A stretch of 64,000 nt of DNA from Mobula hypostoma (Eukaryota). The stretch lies in assembly GCF_963921235.1 (NCBI RefSeq), contig NC_086098.1, forward strand, positions 4,464,001-4,528,000, in the 5' to 3' direction. This document shows, in pieces, positions 1 to 11,105 of the stretch; positions within the stretch are counted from its first letter, which is position 1; each line of letters begins with the position of its first letter. The position numbers and the translations under genes are program-made. Below the pieces are notes generated by a model. The model saw nothing but the letters and a program-made list of their open reading frames with translations, was not told where the DNA came from and searched no databases.

Positions 1-381
1 CATTCCCAACTTCTCTTAATCCTTCAGGTCCTGTACTTCGATAAAGTCTTCACTCTCCAATACTACTGAAAAAGTACATCAACAAATCTGACAGAAATGG
101 GTAAACTGCCAGTCCAGCACTATTGTACCTTACAATAGAACGTAAAACTCCGTTTTAAAAATGAAACTGCATCATAAGGTAAATACGCAACAGAACGGAG
201 CCTCCGACAAACGTTCTAGCTGGAAAACCAACTGCGTCACCAGGGGTCTTCCCTTTTATACCCGTGGTGAACATGTCATCACGTGACCTCACATCGGCGG
301 GAAAATTACATCAGGTGACCTCCAAAAGACCATTACATCATTCTTACAAGAAAGTCACAAGATCTCCTTGAGGTATGTAAC
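1..381 (-). mobile_element. Partial LTR (Gypsy-like) running off the left edge of the window
   Basis: Minus strand starts TGTTACA at 381 (canonical TG start) and has a TATAAAA box (ttttata at ~254-260). CpG-richer than flanks. No internal ORF in the window. Confidence 0.5.
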
Positions 382-504
382 AATTGCAACTCATAAAAAT
401 TACAATGCAACACAAACAAAATTCTGGAGGAGCTCAGTAGGTCAGGCAGCATCTAGGGAAATGATAGATAGTCAACATTTCGGCCCAGACCTGTCCTCAG
501 GACC

Positions 505-1770
505 ATAGAAATTACTGTATGTTACAATAAGAAATATATTTTAAAAATAACTTGTGCAAAATAAGAGCAAAAATAATGAGGTGCTATTCATGGACCATCA
601 AGGAATGTGATGGCGGAAGAGAAGCTATTCCTAAAATGTTGAGTGTGTGCCTTCAGACTCCTGTACCTCCTCCCTGATGGTAGTAACGAGAAGAGGGCAT
701 GCCCTGGGTGATGGAGGTCCTTAATGATGGATGCTACCTTTTTGAGGCATTGCATAGTCATAGTCATACTTTATCGATCCTGGGGGAAATTGGTTTTCAT
801 TACAGTTGCACTATAAATAATAAATAGTAATAAAATCATAAATAGTTAAATAGTAATATGTAAATTACGCCAGGAAATAAGTCCAGGACCAGCCTATTGG
901 CTCAGGGTGTCTGACCCTCCAAGGGAGGAGTTGTAAAGTTTGATGGCCACAGGCAGGAATGACTTCCTGTGACGCTCTGTGCTGCATCTTGGAGGAATGA
1001 GTCTCTGGCTGAATGTACTCCTGTGCCCAACCAGTACACTATGTAGTGGATGGGAGACATTGTCCAAGATGGCATGCAACTTAGACAGCATCTTCTTTTC
1101 AGACACCACCGTGAGTGAGTCCAGTTCTATCCCCACAACATCACTGGCCTTACGAGTGAGTTTGTTGATTCTGTTGGTGTCTGCTGCCCTCAACCTGCTG
1201 CCCCAGCACACAACAGCAAACATGATCGCATTGGCCACCACTGACTTGTAGAACATCCTCAGCATCGTCCGGCAGATGTTAAAGGACCTCAGTCTCCTCA
1301 GGAAATGGAGACGGCTCTGACCCTTCTTGCAGACAGCCTCAGTGTTCTTTGACCAGTCCAGTTTATTGTCAATTTGTATCCCCATGTATTTGTAATCCTC
1401 CACCATGGCCACACTGACCCCCTGGATGGAAACAGGGGTCACCGGTACCTTAGCTCTCCTCAGGTCTACCACCAGCTCCTTAGTCTTTTTCACATTAAGC
1501 TGCAGATAATTCTGCTCACACCATGTGACAAAGTTTTCTACCGTAGCCCTGTACTCAGCCTCATCTCCCTTGCTGATGCATCCTTTTAAAGAAGTCCCTG
1601 ATGCCAGGGAGGCTCGTGCCAATGATGGAGCTGGCTGAGTTTACAACTTTCTGCAGCTTTTTTCCAACCCTGTGCATGGCCCCTCCCTACCAGACGGTGA
1701 TGCGACCAGTCGGAGTGTTCTCCATGGTACATACGAGGAAATATGCCAAATCTCCTTTGCAATTGCATCA
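505..1770 (-). mobile_element. Rex1/Babar LINE 3' fragments, nested: younger copy ~753-1586 inside an older copy
   Basis: ORF 894..1622 encodes an RT C-terminus ([42 protein letters not shown]). Short-repeat tail catagtcatagtcatact at ~753. Flanks on both sides match a different, degraded Rex 3' end. Confidence 0.85.
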
Positions 1771-2139
1771 ATAGATCAACAGTCCCCAGAATAGATCTTT
1801 AGAGATGTTGGCACCCTGGATATATATATATATATGCACAGCTTCAACGAAAAATTTATTTGCAGCAGCATTACACCATTTCTTGTGAATGCAGCATTTA
1901 AGAAGCGTTCACAAGAAAATGTAAATTAAACAGAATTTTTACAAGAAAACACAAAACAAAAATTACGTCCATTTTACTGCAAAGTGGTCAAATTGGTCAC
2001 AGTGTTGCAAAACTTCAAGAACCACATATTCGTAATTGTTCCTGGGCCTCATACTTCTATCCCTGTTCCCTGACTGTGGGCTGGCACGGCCAAATTAATT
2101 AATTACAAAATTGCTATCATCAAATAGAACACAAAGTGT

Positions 2140-2510
2140 AGAGCAGCACACTCACAAGATACTGGAGGAACTCAGCAGGTCAGGCAGCATCTATGGAAAG
2201 GTGACACCTTTCATCAGGACGAGAAAGGAAGTGGGAGGAAACCTGAAGAGGATGGGGGGGGGAGGAATGAAGGAAAAGTTAGAAGATGATAGGTGAACCC
2301 AAGTGGGGGGTGTGGTGGATGAAGTTAGAAGTTGAGAGTTGGTAAGTGAAAAAGGAAAAGGAATCTTTTCCTTAGGAAGAGAGTGGACCATGGAAGAAAG
2401 GGAAGGGAGTGGCACCAGGGATGGAAAAAGATGGAAGAGGGAGGGGAAAATTATCAGAAGTTGGAGAAATTGATGTTCGTGTCATAACTGAAGACTACCT
2501 AGATGGAATA
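2140..2510 (-). mobile_element. Degraded Penelope-like element 3' end
   Basis: ctggaggaactcagcaggtcaggcagcatc terminal motif, purine tract and agaagttggagaaattgatgttc match the 3' end of the PLE at 29533-31420 in reverse. Confidence 0.7.
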
Positions 2511-4130
2511 GGAGAAAGGGAAACAGGGATGGTAGTTTGCCTCCCAGGTGCAAGGGTGTGTGTTGTTTCTGAACGTGTCCACAATATCCTGAAAAGGGAG
2601 GGTGAGCAGCCAGAAGTCATGGTACATATTGATACCAATGACGGAGGAAGAAAAAGTGAGGACGTTCTGAAAACAGGATATTAGCAGTTAGGGAGGAAGC
2701 TGGGAAGCAGGACCTCAAGGGAAGTAATCTCGGGATTACTGCCTGTGCCACGAGACAGTGAGGATAGGAATAGAGTGAGGTGGCAGATAAATGTGTGGCT
2801 GAAGAATTGGAGCAGGGGGCAGGGATTCAGGTTTCTGGATAATTGGGACCTCTTCTGGGGCAGGTAGGATCTGTGCCAAAGGGACGGGTTGCTCTTGAAT
2901 CTGAGGAGAACCAATATTCTTGCAGGCAGATTTATTAGAGCTGTTGGGAGTGGTTTAAACTAACATGTCAGGGTGATGGGAACCAGTATGACAGAGCTGA
3001 GGATGAGCCGGCAGGTTTACAAGTAGATAATGGGTGTAACATGACTGTGAGGAAGGACAAGTCAATGATTGGGTACAAATGGACTCAGAGCAGAGAGTTA
3101 AATTGTACCACAGAGGCAAAATTCAAAAGGGTGAAGAATGCAGGACTGAAGGTGCTGTTTTTAAATGTACATAGCATTTGGAATAAGGTGGACGAATTTG
3201 TGGCACATTTAGAGATTGGTTGGTATAACATTGCGGGCATCACTGAATCGTAGCTGGAAGAAGGTCATAGTTGGGAGTTTAATATCAAAGGATATACTTT
3301 GTATTGAAAGGACAGGCAGGAAGTGTGGCTCTGTTGGTAAGAGATGGAATTACATCTTTAGAAAGAGGTGACATAGGGTCAGAGAATGTTGAATCTTTGT
3401 GGGTGGAGTTAAGAAATTGCGAGGGTTAAAAAACCTTGATGGAAATCATTTATAGGCCTCTAGATAGTAGCCAAGATGTGGGGTTGAGATTGCAAAGGCA
3501 TGCAATAAGGGTAATGTCACAATTGTAATGGGGATTTCCACATGTAAGGGGATTGGGAAAATCAGGTTGGTGTCAGATTGCAAGAAAGAGAATTTGTTGA
3601 ATGCCAATGAGATAGCTTTTTAGAGCATCTTGTGCTCGAGCCTACTCAGGGAAAGGCTATCTTAGATTGGGTGTTGTGTAATAATTCTGATTTTATTAGT
3701 CAGCTTAATGTAAATGTACCTTTAGCAGGCAGTGATCATAATATTCTTGAATTCATACAGCAATTTGAGAGGGAGAAGGATAAGTCACGTGTATCAGTAT
3801 CACAATGGAATAAAGGGAATTACAGAGGCATGAGAGAGGAGCTTGCCCAGGTGGATTGGAGGAGAATACCGGCAGGGATGACAGCAGAGCAGAGTAAGGA
3901 GGATTTTTTTTAGCCAAAAAGTGGTGAATCTGTGGACTGTAGTGGAGGCCAAGTCCATGGGTATATTCATAGCAGAAGTTGATAAATTCCTGATTGGTTG
4001 GGGCATCAAGGGACAAGGTGAGAGGCCAGATGTATGGGGTTGAATGGGATCCAGGATCAGCCATGATGATGGTGGAATGGACTTGATGGGCTGAATGGCC
4101 TAATTCTGCTCCTATGTCTTATGGTCTAAT
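2510..4130 (+). mobile_element. Degraded, internally deleted CR1 LINE (ORF1 esterase + APE remnant joined to 3' end)
   Basis: MVVCLPGARV...VMVHIDTND is homologous to ORF1 at 43324..43971. FLNVHSIWNK, PTQGKAILDWVL and GSDHN are APE motifs. 3' UTR ggctgaatggcctaattctgctcct. Many stops. Confidence 0.85.
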
Positions 4131-5100
4131 ATGAGGTGTTACTCCTCCATCCTGAGGGTGGCCTCGTCCTAGCAGAAGAGAAGACCGTGGACCGACATGT
4201 TAGAATAGGAATGGGAACTAAAATGGTGAGCCACCAGGAAATTCTGCTTTTTGCAGATTGAGCTGAGGAGTTTGACAAAGCGAACCCCAATCTATGTTGG
4301 GTCCTACCGGTGTAGGGGAAGCCACATCAGGAGCACCAGATACAATAGACAACCCCAACAGATTTCCCAGTGAAGTGTTGCCTCACCTGGGAGGACTGTT
4401 TGGGATCCTGAATGGAGGTGAGGGAGGAGGTGAATGGGTAGGGGGAGCACTTTGGCCACTTGCAGGGATAAACGCCGGAAGGGAGATTAATGGGGAGGGA
4501 CGAATGGACAAAGGAATCACAGAGAGCGTAATCCCTATGGAAAGCTGAGCATGGGGAGGGTCAAAGATGTGTTTGGTGCAGAATCACATTGAAGATTTTT
4601 TTTTACCAAAATATACTTTATTCAAAAATAAAATTATGTGCAATAAACCATTCAATGTCTTTCAGTCCTTTACAGATGTTTCCCTTACAGTCTATACATT
4701 TCCATACTTCTAGCCATTCATGTGGCACTCTGTTGTTCACCTTTCCACACCATTGTTGAGGGGTATACTGCGAAAGTTGTGGAGAATGATGTGTTGGATG
4801 TAGAGGCTCATGGGGTGGTGGTAGGTGAGGACGAGAAACTCTGTCACTCTTATGGCAGCAGGAGGTTGGGGTGAGGGCGGTTGTCTGCGAAATGGAGATG
4901 TGGGTGAGAGCAGAGTCAATGTTGGAGATGGAGAAATCCCATCCTTTGAAAAAGGATGATATCTCTAATGTCCTGGAATGGAAAGCAGCATCCTCCGAGC
5001 TGATCTGGTGGAGATGACAGAACCAAGGAAAGGGAATGGAGACAGGGTGGGGAAAAGATACAGTCAGCATAGCTGTGGGTTTATTCGGTGTACAGTTTGT
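4130..5100 (-). mobile_element. Degraded Penelope-like element (GIY-YIG/RT remnant) interrupted at ~4597-4765
   Basis: Reverse homology to 29639..31000 (e.g. FHSRTLEISSFFK, LTYHHP). Confidence 0.75.
4597..4765 (-). mobile_element. Short poly(A)-tailed LINE 3' end (L1/Tx1-like), inserted in the PLE remnant
   Basis: T run followed by tttatt (AATAAA plus poly(A) on the minus strand). Interrupts PLE homology. The family is a guess. Confidence 0.45.
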
Positions 5101-5169
5101 GTCCAGTGATGTAGAGAGATTGAGAGAGAGAGGAGTGAAGTGTCTGTTGCAGTATAAAGTGAATACAGT

Positions 5170-5680
5170 GGTCGTGATTTGATTTGCGCAGGGTGGTTCA
5201 TGAACCGAATGGTTGAAGGGTGAGTGTTCCTGAACCCGGCCTCCCGCCCGACGGGAGCCGTTCCTGAACCCGGCGGTGAGGGACTCCAGTCTGGTGTCCG
5301 GGGCCGGGAGAAGGGGGGGAGATGACCGGGAGGCGGAGCGGATCGCATGACGCCAGGGGCCCGGGTGTTGCGCCCGCGGAGGAGCAGAGCCGCAGCGGAG
5401 CGGCCGCCGGACACGTGACGGCGGCGGAGGCGCAGCGACGCGGATACAGTGTATCCAACCCCGGGCAAAGTGTATCCGATACACAGCGTGGCGTGGGGAA
5501 GTCGGCGGCCCCTTCCCTCTCCTCCCCTCCCCGTTCTCCCATCTGATGCGAAGCGGCGCCGCGACAGGCAGAGGAATGGTTGATGAGGTGGGTGAAAGTT
5601 AGCCCCGTTCGGGTACGGCAGCGTTTTCCCAGCCGAGCGCTGAATGCTCGCTGCCCGCGCTCCGGCTTCGCTCGCTTTTG
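5170..5680 (+). promoter_or_regulatory. CpG island; probable promoter and first exon of an unidentified + strand gene
   Basis: The only extended GC- and CpG-dense non-repeat segment. E-box CACGTG at 5412-5417 and GC boxes. Donor GAG|gtgggt at 5587/5588. ATGs at 5546 and 5576 are in the same frame. Confidence 0.8.
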
Positions 5681-5887
5681 GATAAATAAAGCATTTATGC
5701 TATGCTTTAAGTTTCTTGGCAAAGTAAAGAAAAAAAAGGAGCTGGAATCGGGGTTTAAATTGCCCCCCGTTTTCAAACCCCCTTGATTCCAATTATTATT
5801 ATTATTAACTATTTTTACGATCTTACTCTATTTTACCATTTTAATGTATTACTCTGCTGTGGCAAAACAATGAGAGACGAAGTGATA

Positions 5888-6038
5888 AACACAAGAGATT
5901 CTGCAGATGCTGGAAATCCAGAGCAACACGCCAAATGCTGGAGGAACTCAGTAGGTCTCGGCCCGAAACGTCTCTATTCCTCTCAATTGATGCTGCCTGA
6001 CCTGCTGAGTTCCTCCAGCATCGTGTGTGTGTGTGTTA
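5888..6038. mobile_element. Head-to-head pair of PLE terminal fragments
   Basis: atgctggaggaactcag followed by its reverse complement ctgagttcctccagcat, with a partial hammerhead (cccgaaacgtc) between them. Confidence 0.7.
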
Positions 6039-6639
6039 CTCGAGATGTTTGATGATGAAATTGGTCCTGTGTGGGGTTAGTAACCTAATACTTCGATTTG
6101 CGTGCTTTAATGGCATAAAATAGCGTAATTAAAATCCTCAGATGTTATAATTGCAACTGTTGATATTTTTTAATGTCTACATGAGTAACTCAAATTATGC
6201 TTTCGTTAAGATACATGTTAATACTGATGACGTGAGTTGAAACGCTGCATTTAAGAAAGCATGAGTGGAAATCAGGCTTTTTTATTTGCAGATTTGCGAT
6301 GTTTCGAAGTAAATAACATCAAAGTAACACAAGATCTCTCCTTTGTAGAGGTCTTAATGGAAAAATGCTGTTGAATACCTTCGTGGGATTGATATCCGGA
6401 ATATTTTTAAAATTCTGTTTCTGATGTATCTAAAATTTGAATGATTTCAGCTTGAAAGAGGCACACTCAATGTTTTAGGAACAGTTTCTTCCCCTCCTCC
6501 ATCAGGTCCACAAACTTTCGAACCCATCAAGTCACTATCCCCTCCTTTACACTATTTATTACTGTAGCTTATAGTAATTGTTTTGTACTGAGGCTGCCAA
6601 GCAAAATAAATCACAACACGCACTGATTTAATTCTGTAA

Positions 6640-9600
6640 ATCTGGACACCTGCTTAATGCAAATATCTAATTAGCCAATCATGTGGCAGCAATTCAATAG
6701 ACAATAGGTGCAGAAGTAGACCATTTGGCCCTTCGAGCCTGCACCGCCATTCTGAGATCATGGCTGATCATCTACTATCAATACCCGGTTCCTGCCTTGT
6801 CCCCATAACCCTTGATTCCCCTATCCATAAGATACCTATCTGGCTCCTTCTTGAAAGCATCCAGAGAATTGGCCTCCACTGCCTTCTGAGGCAGCGTATT
6901 CCACACCTCCACAACTCTCTGGGAGAAAAAGTTCCTCCTCAACTCTGTCCTAAATGACCTACCCCTTATTCTTAAACCATGCCCTCTGGTACTGGACTCT
7001 CCCAGCATCTGGAACATATTTCCTGCCTCTATCTTGTCCAATCCCTTAATAATCTTGTATGTCTCAATCAGATCCCCCCCTCAATCTCCTTAATTCCAGC
7101 GTGTACAAGCCCAGTCTCTCTAACCTCTCTGTGTAAGACACTCCGGACATCCCAGGAATTAACCTAGTGAACCTACACTGCACCTCCTCCACAGCCAGGA
7201 TGTCCTTCCTTAACCCTGGAGACCAAAACTGCACACAATACTCCAGCTGTGGTCTCACCAGGGCCCTGTACAAATGCAAAAGGATTTCCTTGCTCTTGTA
7301 CTCAATTCCCTTTGTAATAAAGGCCAACATTCCATTAGCCTTCTTCACTGCCTGCTGCACTTGCTCATTCACCTTCAGAGACTGATGAACAAGTACTCCT
7401 AGATCTCTTTGTATTTCTCCCTTACCTAACTCCACACCATTCAGATAATAATCTGCCTTCCTGTTCTTGCTCCCAAAGTGAATAACCTCACACTTATTCA
7501 CATTAAACGCCATCTGCCAAGTTTCTGCCCACTCACTCAGCCTATCCAAGTCACCTTGAATTCTCCTAACACCCTCATCACATGTCACACTGCCACCCAG
7601 CTTAGTATCATCAGCAAATCATTGACGTAAATCGTAAACAGCTGAGGTCCCAATACCAAGCCCTGTGGCACCCCACTGGTCACCACCTGCCATTCCAAGA
7701 AACACCCATTCACTGCTACCCTTTGCTTTCTATCTGCCAACCAATTTTCTATCCATGTCAATATCCTCCCCCCAATGCCATGAGCTCTGATTTTACCCAC
7801 CAATCTCCTATGTGGTACCTTATCAAATGCCTTCTGAAAGTCAAGGTACACCACATCCAGTGGATCTCCCGCGTCTATCTTCCTGGTTACATCCTCGAAA
7901 ATCTCCAATAGATTGGTCAAGCATGATTTGCCCTTGGTAAATCCATGCTGGCTCGGCCCAATCCTATCACTGCTATCAAGATATGCCGCTATTTCATCTT
8001 TAATAATGGACTCTAGCATCTTCCCCACTACTGATGTTAGGCTAACAGGGCGATAGTTCTCAGTTTTCTCCCTCCCTCCTTTCTTAAAAAGTGGGATAAC
8101 ATTAGCCATTCGCCAATCCTCAGGAACTGATCCTGAATCTAAGGAATATTGGAAAATGATCACCAATGCATCCGCAATTTCCAGAGCCACCTCCTTTAGT
8201 ACCCTAGGATGCAGACCATCTGGACCTGGGGATTTGCTAGCCTTCAGTCCCATCAGTCTACTCATCACCGTTTCCTTCCTAATGTCAATCTGTTTCAGTT
8301 CCTCTATTACCCTATGTCCTTGGCCCATCCATACATCTGGGAGATTGCTTGTGTCTTCCCTCGTGAAGACAGATCCAAAGTACTTATTAAATTCGTCTGC
8401 CATTTCTCTGTTTCCCATAACAATTTCTCCCAATTCATTCTTCAAGGGCCCAACATTTTTCTTAACTATCTTCCTTCTCTTCACATACCTAAAAAAACTT
8501 TTGCTATCCTCCTTTATATTCCTAGCTAGCTTGTGTTCATACCTCATTTTTTCTCCCCGTATTGCCTTTTTAGTTAAGTTCTGTTGCTCCTTAAAAATTT
8601 CCCAATCGTCTGTCTTCCCACTCACCTTAGCTCTGTTATACTTCTTTTTTAATGCTATGCTATCTCTGGCTTCCTTTGTCAACCACTGTGGTCACTTTCC
8701 CCCCTTTGAATCCTTCCTTCTCCGGGGAATGAACTGATTTTGCACCTTGTGCATTATTCCCAAGAATACCTGCCATTGCTGTTCCACTGTCTTTTCTGCT
8801 AGGATATCCAACCAGTCAACTTTGGCCAGCTCCTCCCTCATGGCTCCATAGTCTCCTTTGTTCAACTGTAATACTGACACTTCTGATCTGCCCTTATCCC
8901 TCTCAACTTGCAGATAAAAACTTATCATATTATGGTCACTACCTCCTAATGGCTCCTTTACTTCAAGATCACTTATCAAATCCTGTTCATTGCACAACAC
9001 TAAATCCAGAATAGCCTTATCCCTGGTCGGCTCTCGTACAAGCTGCTCCAAAAATGCATCCCGTAGGCACTCTACAAACTCCCTATCCTGGGGTCCAGTA
9101 CCAGCCTGATTTTCCCAGTTCACCTGCATGTTGAAATCCCCCATAACTACTGTGACATTTCCTTTGCTACATGCCATTGTTAACTCCCTATTCAACTTGC
9201 ACCCAATATCCATGCTACTGCTTGGGGGCCTGTAGATAACACCTATTAGGGTCTTTTTGCCCTTACTGTTCCTCAGTTCTATCCACACTGACTCTACTTC
9301 TCCTGATTCTATGTCCCCCCTTGCAAGGGACTGAATCTCATTCCTCACCAACAGGGCCACCCTACCCCCTCTGCCCACCTTTCTGTCCCTTCGATAGCAC
9401 GTATATCCTTGTACATTCAATTCCCAGGTCTGATCCCCCTGCAGCCATGTCTCCGTTATCCCAACAACATCATAGTTACCCATTCGCAGCTGAGCTTCAA
9501 GCTCATCCGCCTTATTTCTGACACTTCGTGCATTCAGATATAGAATTTTTAACCCATTTCTTCTCTGTTTAAATCACTGCCTATTGTGCATAACCCAGCT

Positions 9601-10390
9601 CCCCGAATTCTCACCGGGCTATACACCCCTTGAATTTTGTTGTCCTTCTTAAATTTACTTACTCTTTCTGCACATTTAACTCCATGCTCTGTCAGACCAT
9701 TCCTCTGCACATGTATCCTCCTTATCACTCATTCCGCCTCACCTTTCTCTACTTCACACTTAATATTCCGGAACCGTGTAGTCCCCACCTGTCCTTTATA
9801 CTTCATCTCGCTATCCTCTCTCACATTCTGGATCCCTGCCCCCTGCAAATTTAGTTTAAACCCCCCCAAGCAGCACTAGCAAACTTTCCTGCAAGAATGT
9901 TAGTACCCCTCCAGTTCAGGTGTAAACCGTCCCGTCGGAACAGATCCCACCTTCCCTGGAACAAAGCCCAATTATCTAAAAACCTGAAGCCCTCCCTCCT
10001 GCCCCATCCTCTCAGCCACGTATTGATCTGTATAATCCTTCTGTTCCTTGCCTCACTCTCACATGGCACAGGTAGCAATCCTGAGATTGTTACCCTGGAG
10101 GTCCTGCCCTTCAGCTTCGCACCTAACTCCCTGAACTCAATACGCAGGACCCCCTCACTCTTCCTCCCCACGTCGTAGGAATTCAATACATAAAAGCATG
10201 CTGACATGGTCAAGAGGTTCATTTGTTCAGACAAAACATCAGAAGGGAGAAGAAATGTGATCTAAATGACTTTGACTATGGGATGATTGTTGGTGCCAGA
10301 CAGGGTGGTTTGAGTACCTCAGAAACTGCTGATTTCCTGAAATTTTTCACCGATAACTGTCTCTAGAGTTTACACAGAATGTTGTGATAA
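6640..10390 (+). mobile_element. Tc1-like DNA transposon remnant (6640-6699 and 10180-10390) split by a CR1 insertion
   Basis: The two halves join into a continuous Tc1-like 5' region and transposase start (GMIVGARQGGLSTSETAD). The same sequence occurs inverted at ~59480-59604. Confidence 0.7.
6700..10179 (-). mobile_element. 5'-truncated CR1 LINE: ORF1 esterase C-terminus and ORF2 (APE + RT) broken into four ORFs
   Basis: 9851..10234 (DGLHLN), 8692..9483 (ITETW, YRPP, GDFN, SDHN), 7585..8682 (NYRPVSLTS, YLDFQKAFDKVPH, GVPQG), 7064..7588 and 6778..7041. Deletion just before FADD at ~7620. TSD aattcaata at 6691-6699 and 10180-10188. Confidence 0.95.
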
Positions 10391-11105
10391 GCGGTGGGGA
10401 TTCACAGGGAGAGTGTCCGGTCAGCGGTGGGGATTCACAGGGAGAGTGTCCGGGTGGCGGTGGGGATTCACGGGGAGAGTGTCCGGGTGGCGGTGGGGAT
10501 TCACGGGAAGAGTGTCCTGGCGGTGGTGGGGATTCACGGGGAGAGTGTCCAGTCAGCGGTGGGGATTCACGGGGAGAGTGTCCGGTCGGCGTTGGGGATT
10601 CACGGGGAGAGTGTCCGGTCGGCAGTGGGGATTCACGGGGAGAGTGTCCGGGCGGCGGTGGGGATTCACGGGGAGAGTGGCCGGTTGGTGGTGGGGATTC
10701 ACGGGGAGAGTGTCCGGGCGGCAGTGTGGATTCACGGGGAGAGTGTCCGGTCGGCGGTGGGGATTCACGGGGAGAGTGTCTGGGCGGTGGTGGGGATTCA
10801 CGGGGAGAGTGTCCGGTCAGTGGTGGGGATTCATAGGGAGAGTAGGAGTGTCCGAGCAGTGGTGCGGATTCACGGGGAGAGAATCCGGTCAGTGGTGGGG
10901 ATTCACGGGGAGAGTGTCCGGGCAGCAGTGCAGATTCACAGGGAGAGTGTTTGGTGGGCGGTGGGGATTCATGGGGAGAGTGTCCGGTCAGTGGTGGGGA
11001 TTCATAGAGAGAGTAGGAGTGTCCGAGCAGTGGTGCAGATTCACGGGGAGAGTGTCCGGTCAGTGGTGCAGATTCACGAGGAGAATGTCCGGGCAGCGGT
11101 GGGAA
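10391..11105. repeat. G-rich 33-bp minisatellite, about 21 copies (GGTGGGGATTCACGGGGAGAGTGTCCGGTCGGC)
   Basis: Direct reading. It explains the repetitive ORFs 10384..10836, 10394..11194 and 10413..11129. Confidence 0.97.

Noticed and set aside
4618..5776. ORFs 4618..5484, 5064..5468 and 5198..5776
   Set aside because: GC-rich island lacking stops, partly fused to PLE remnants. No recognisable domain.
8156..8737. Antisense ORFs over LINEs (also 17117..17584, 43493..44068 and others)
   Set aside because: Shadow frames of CR1/Rex coding sequence.
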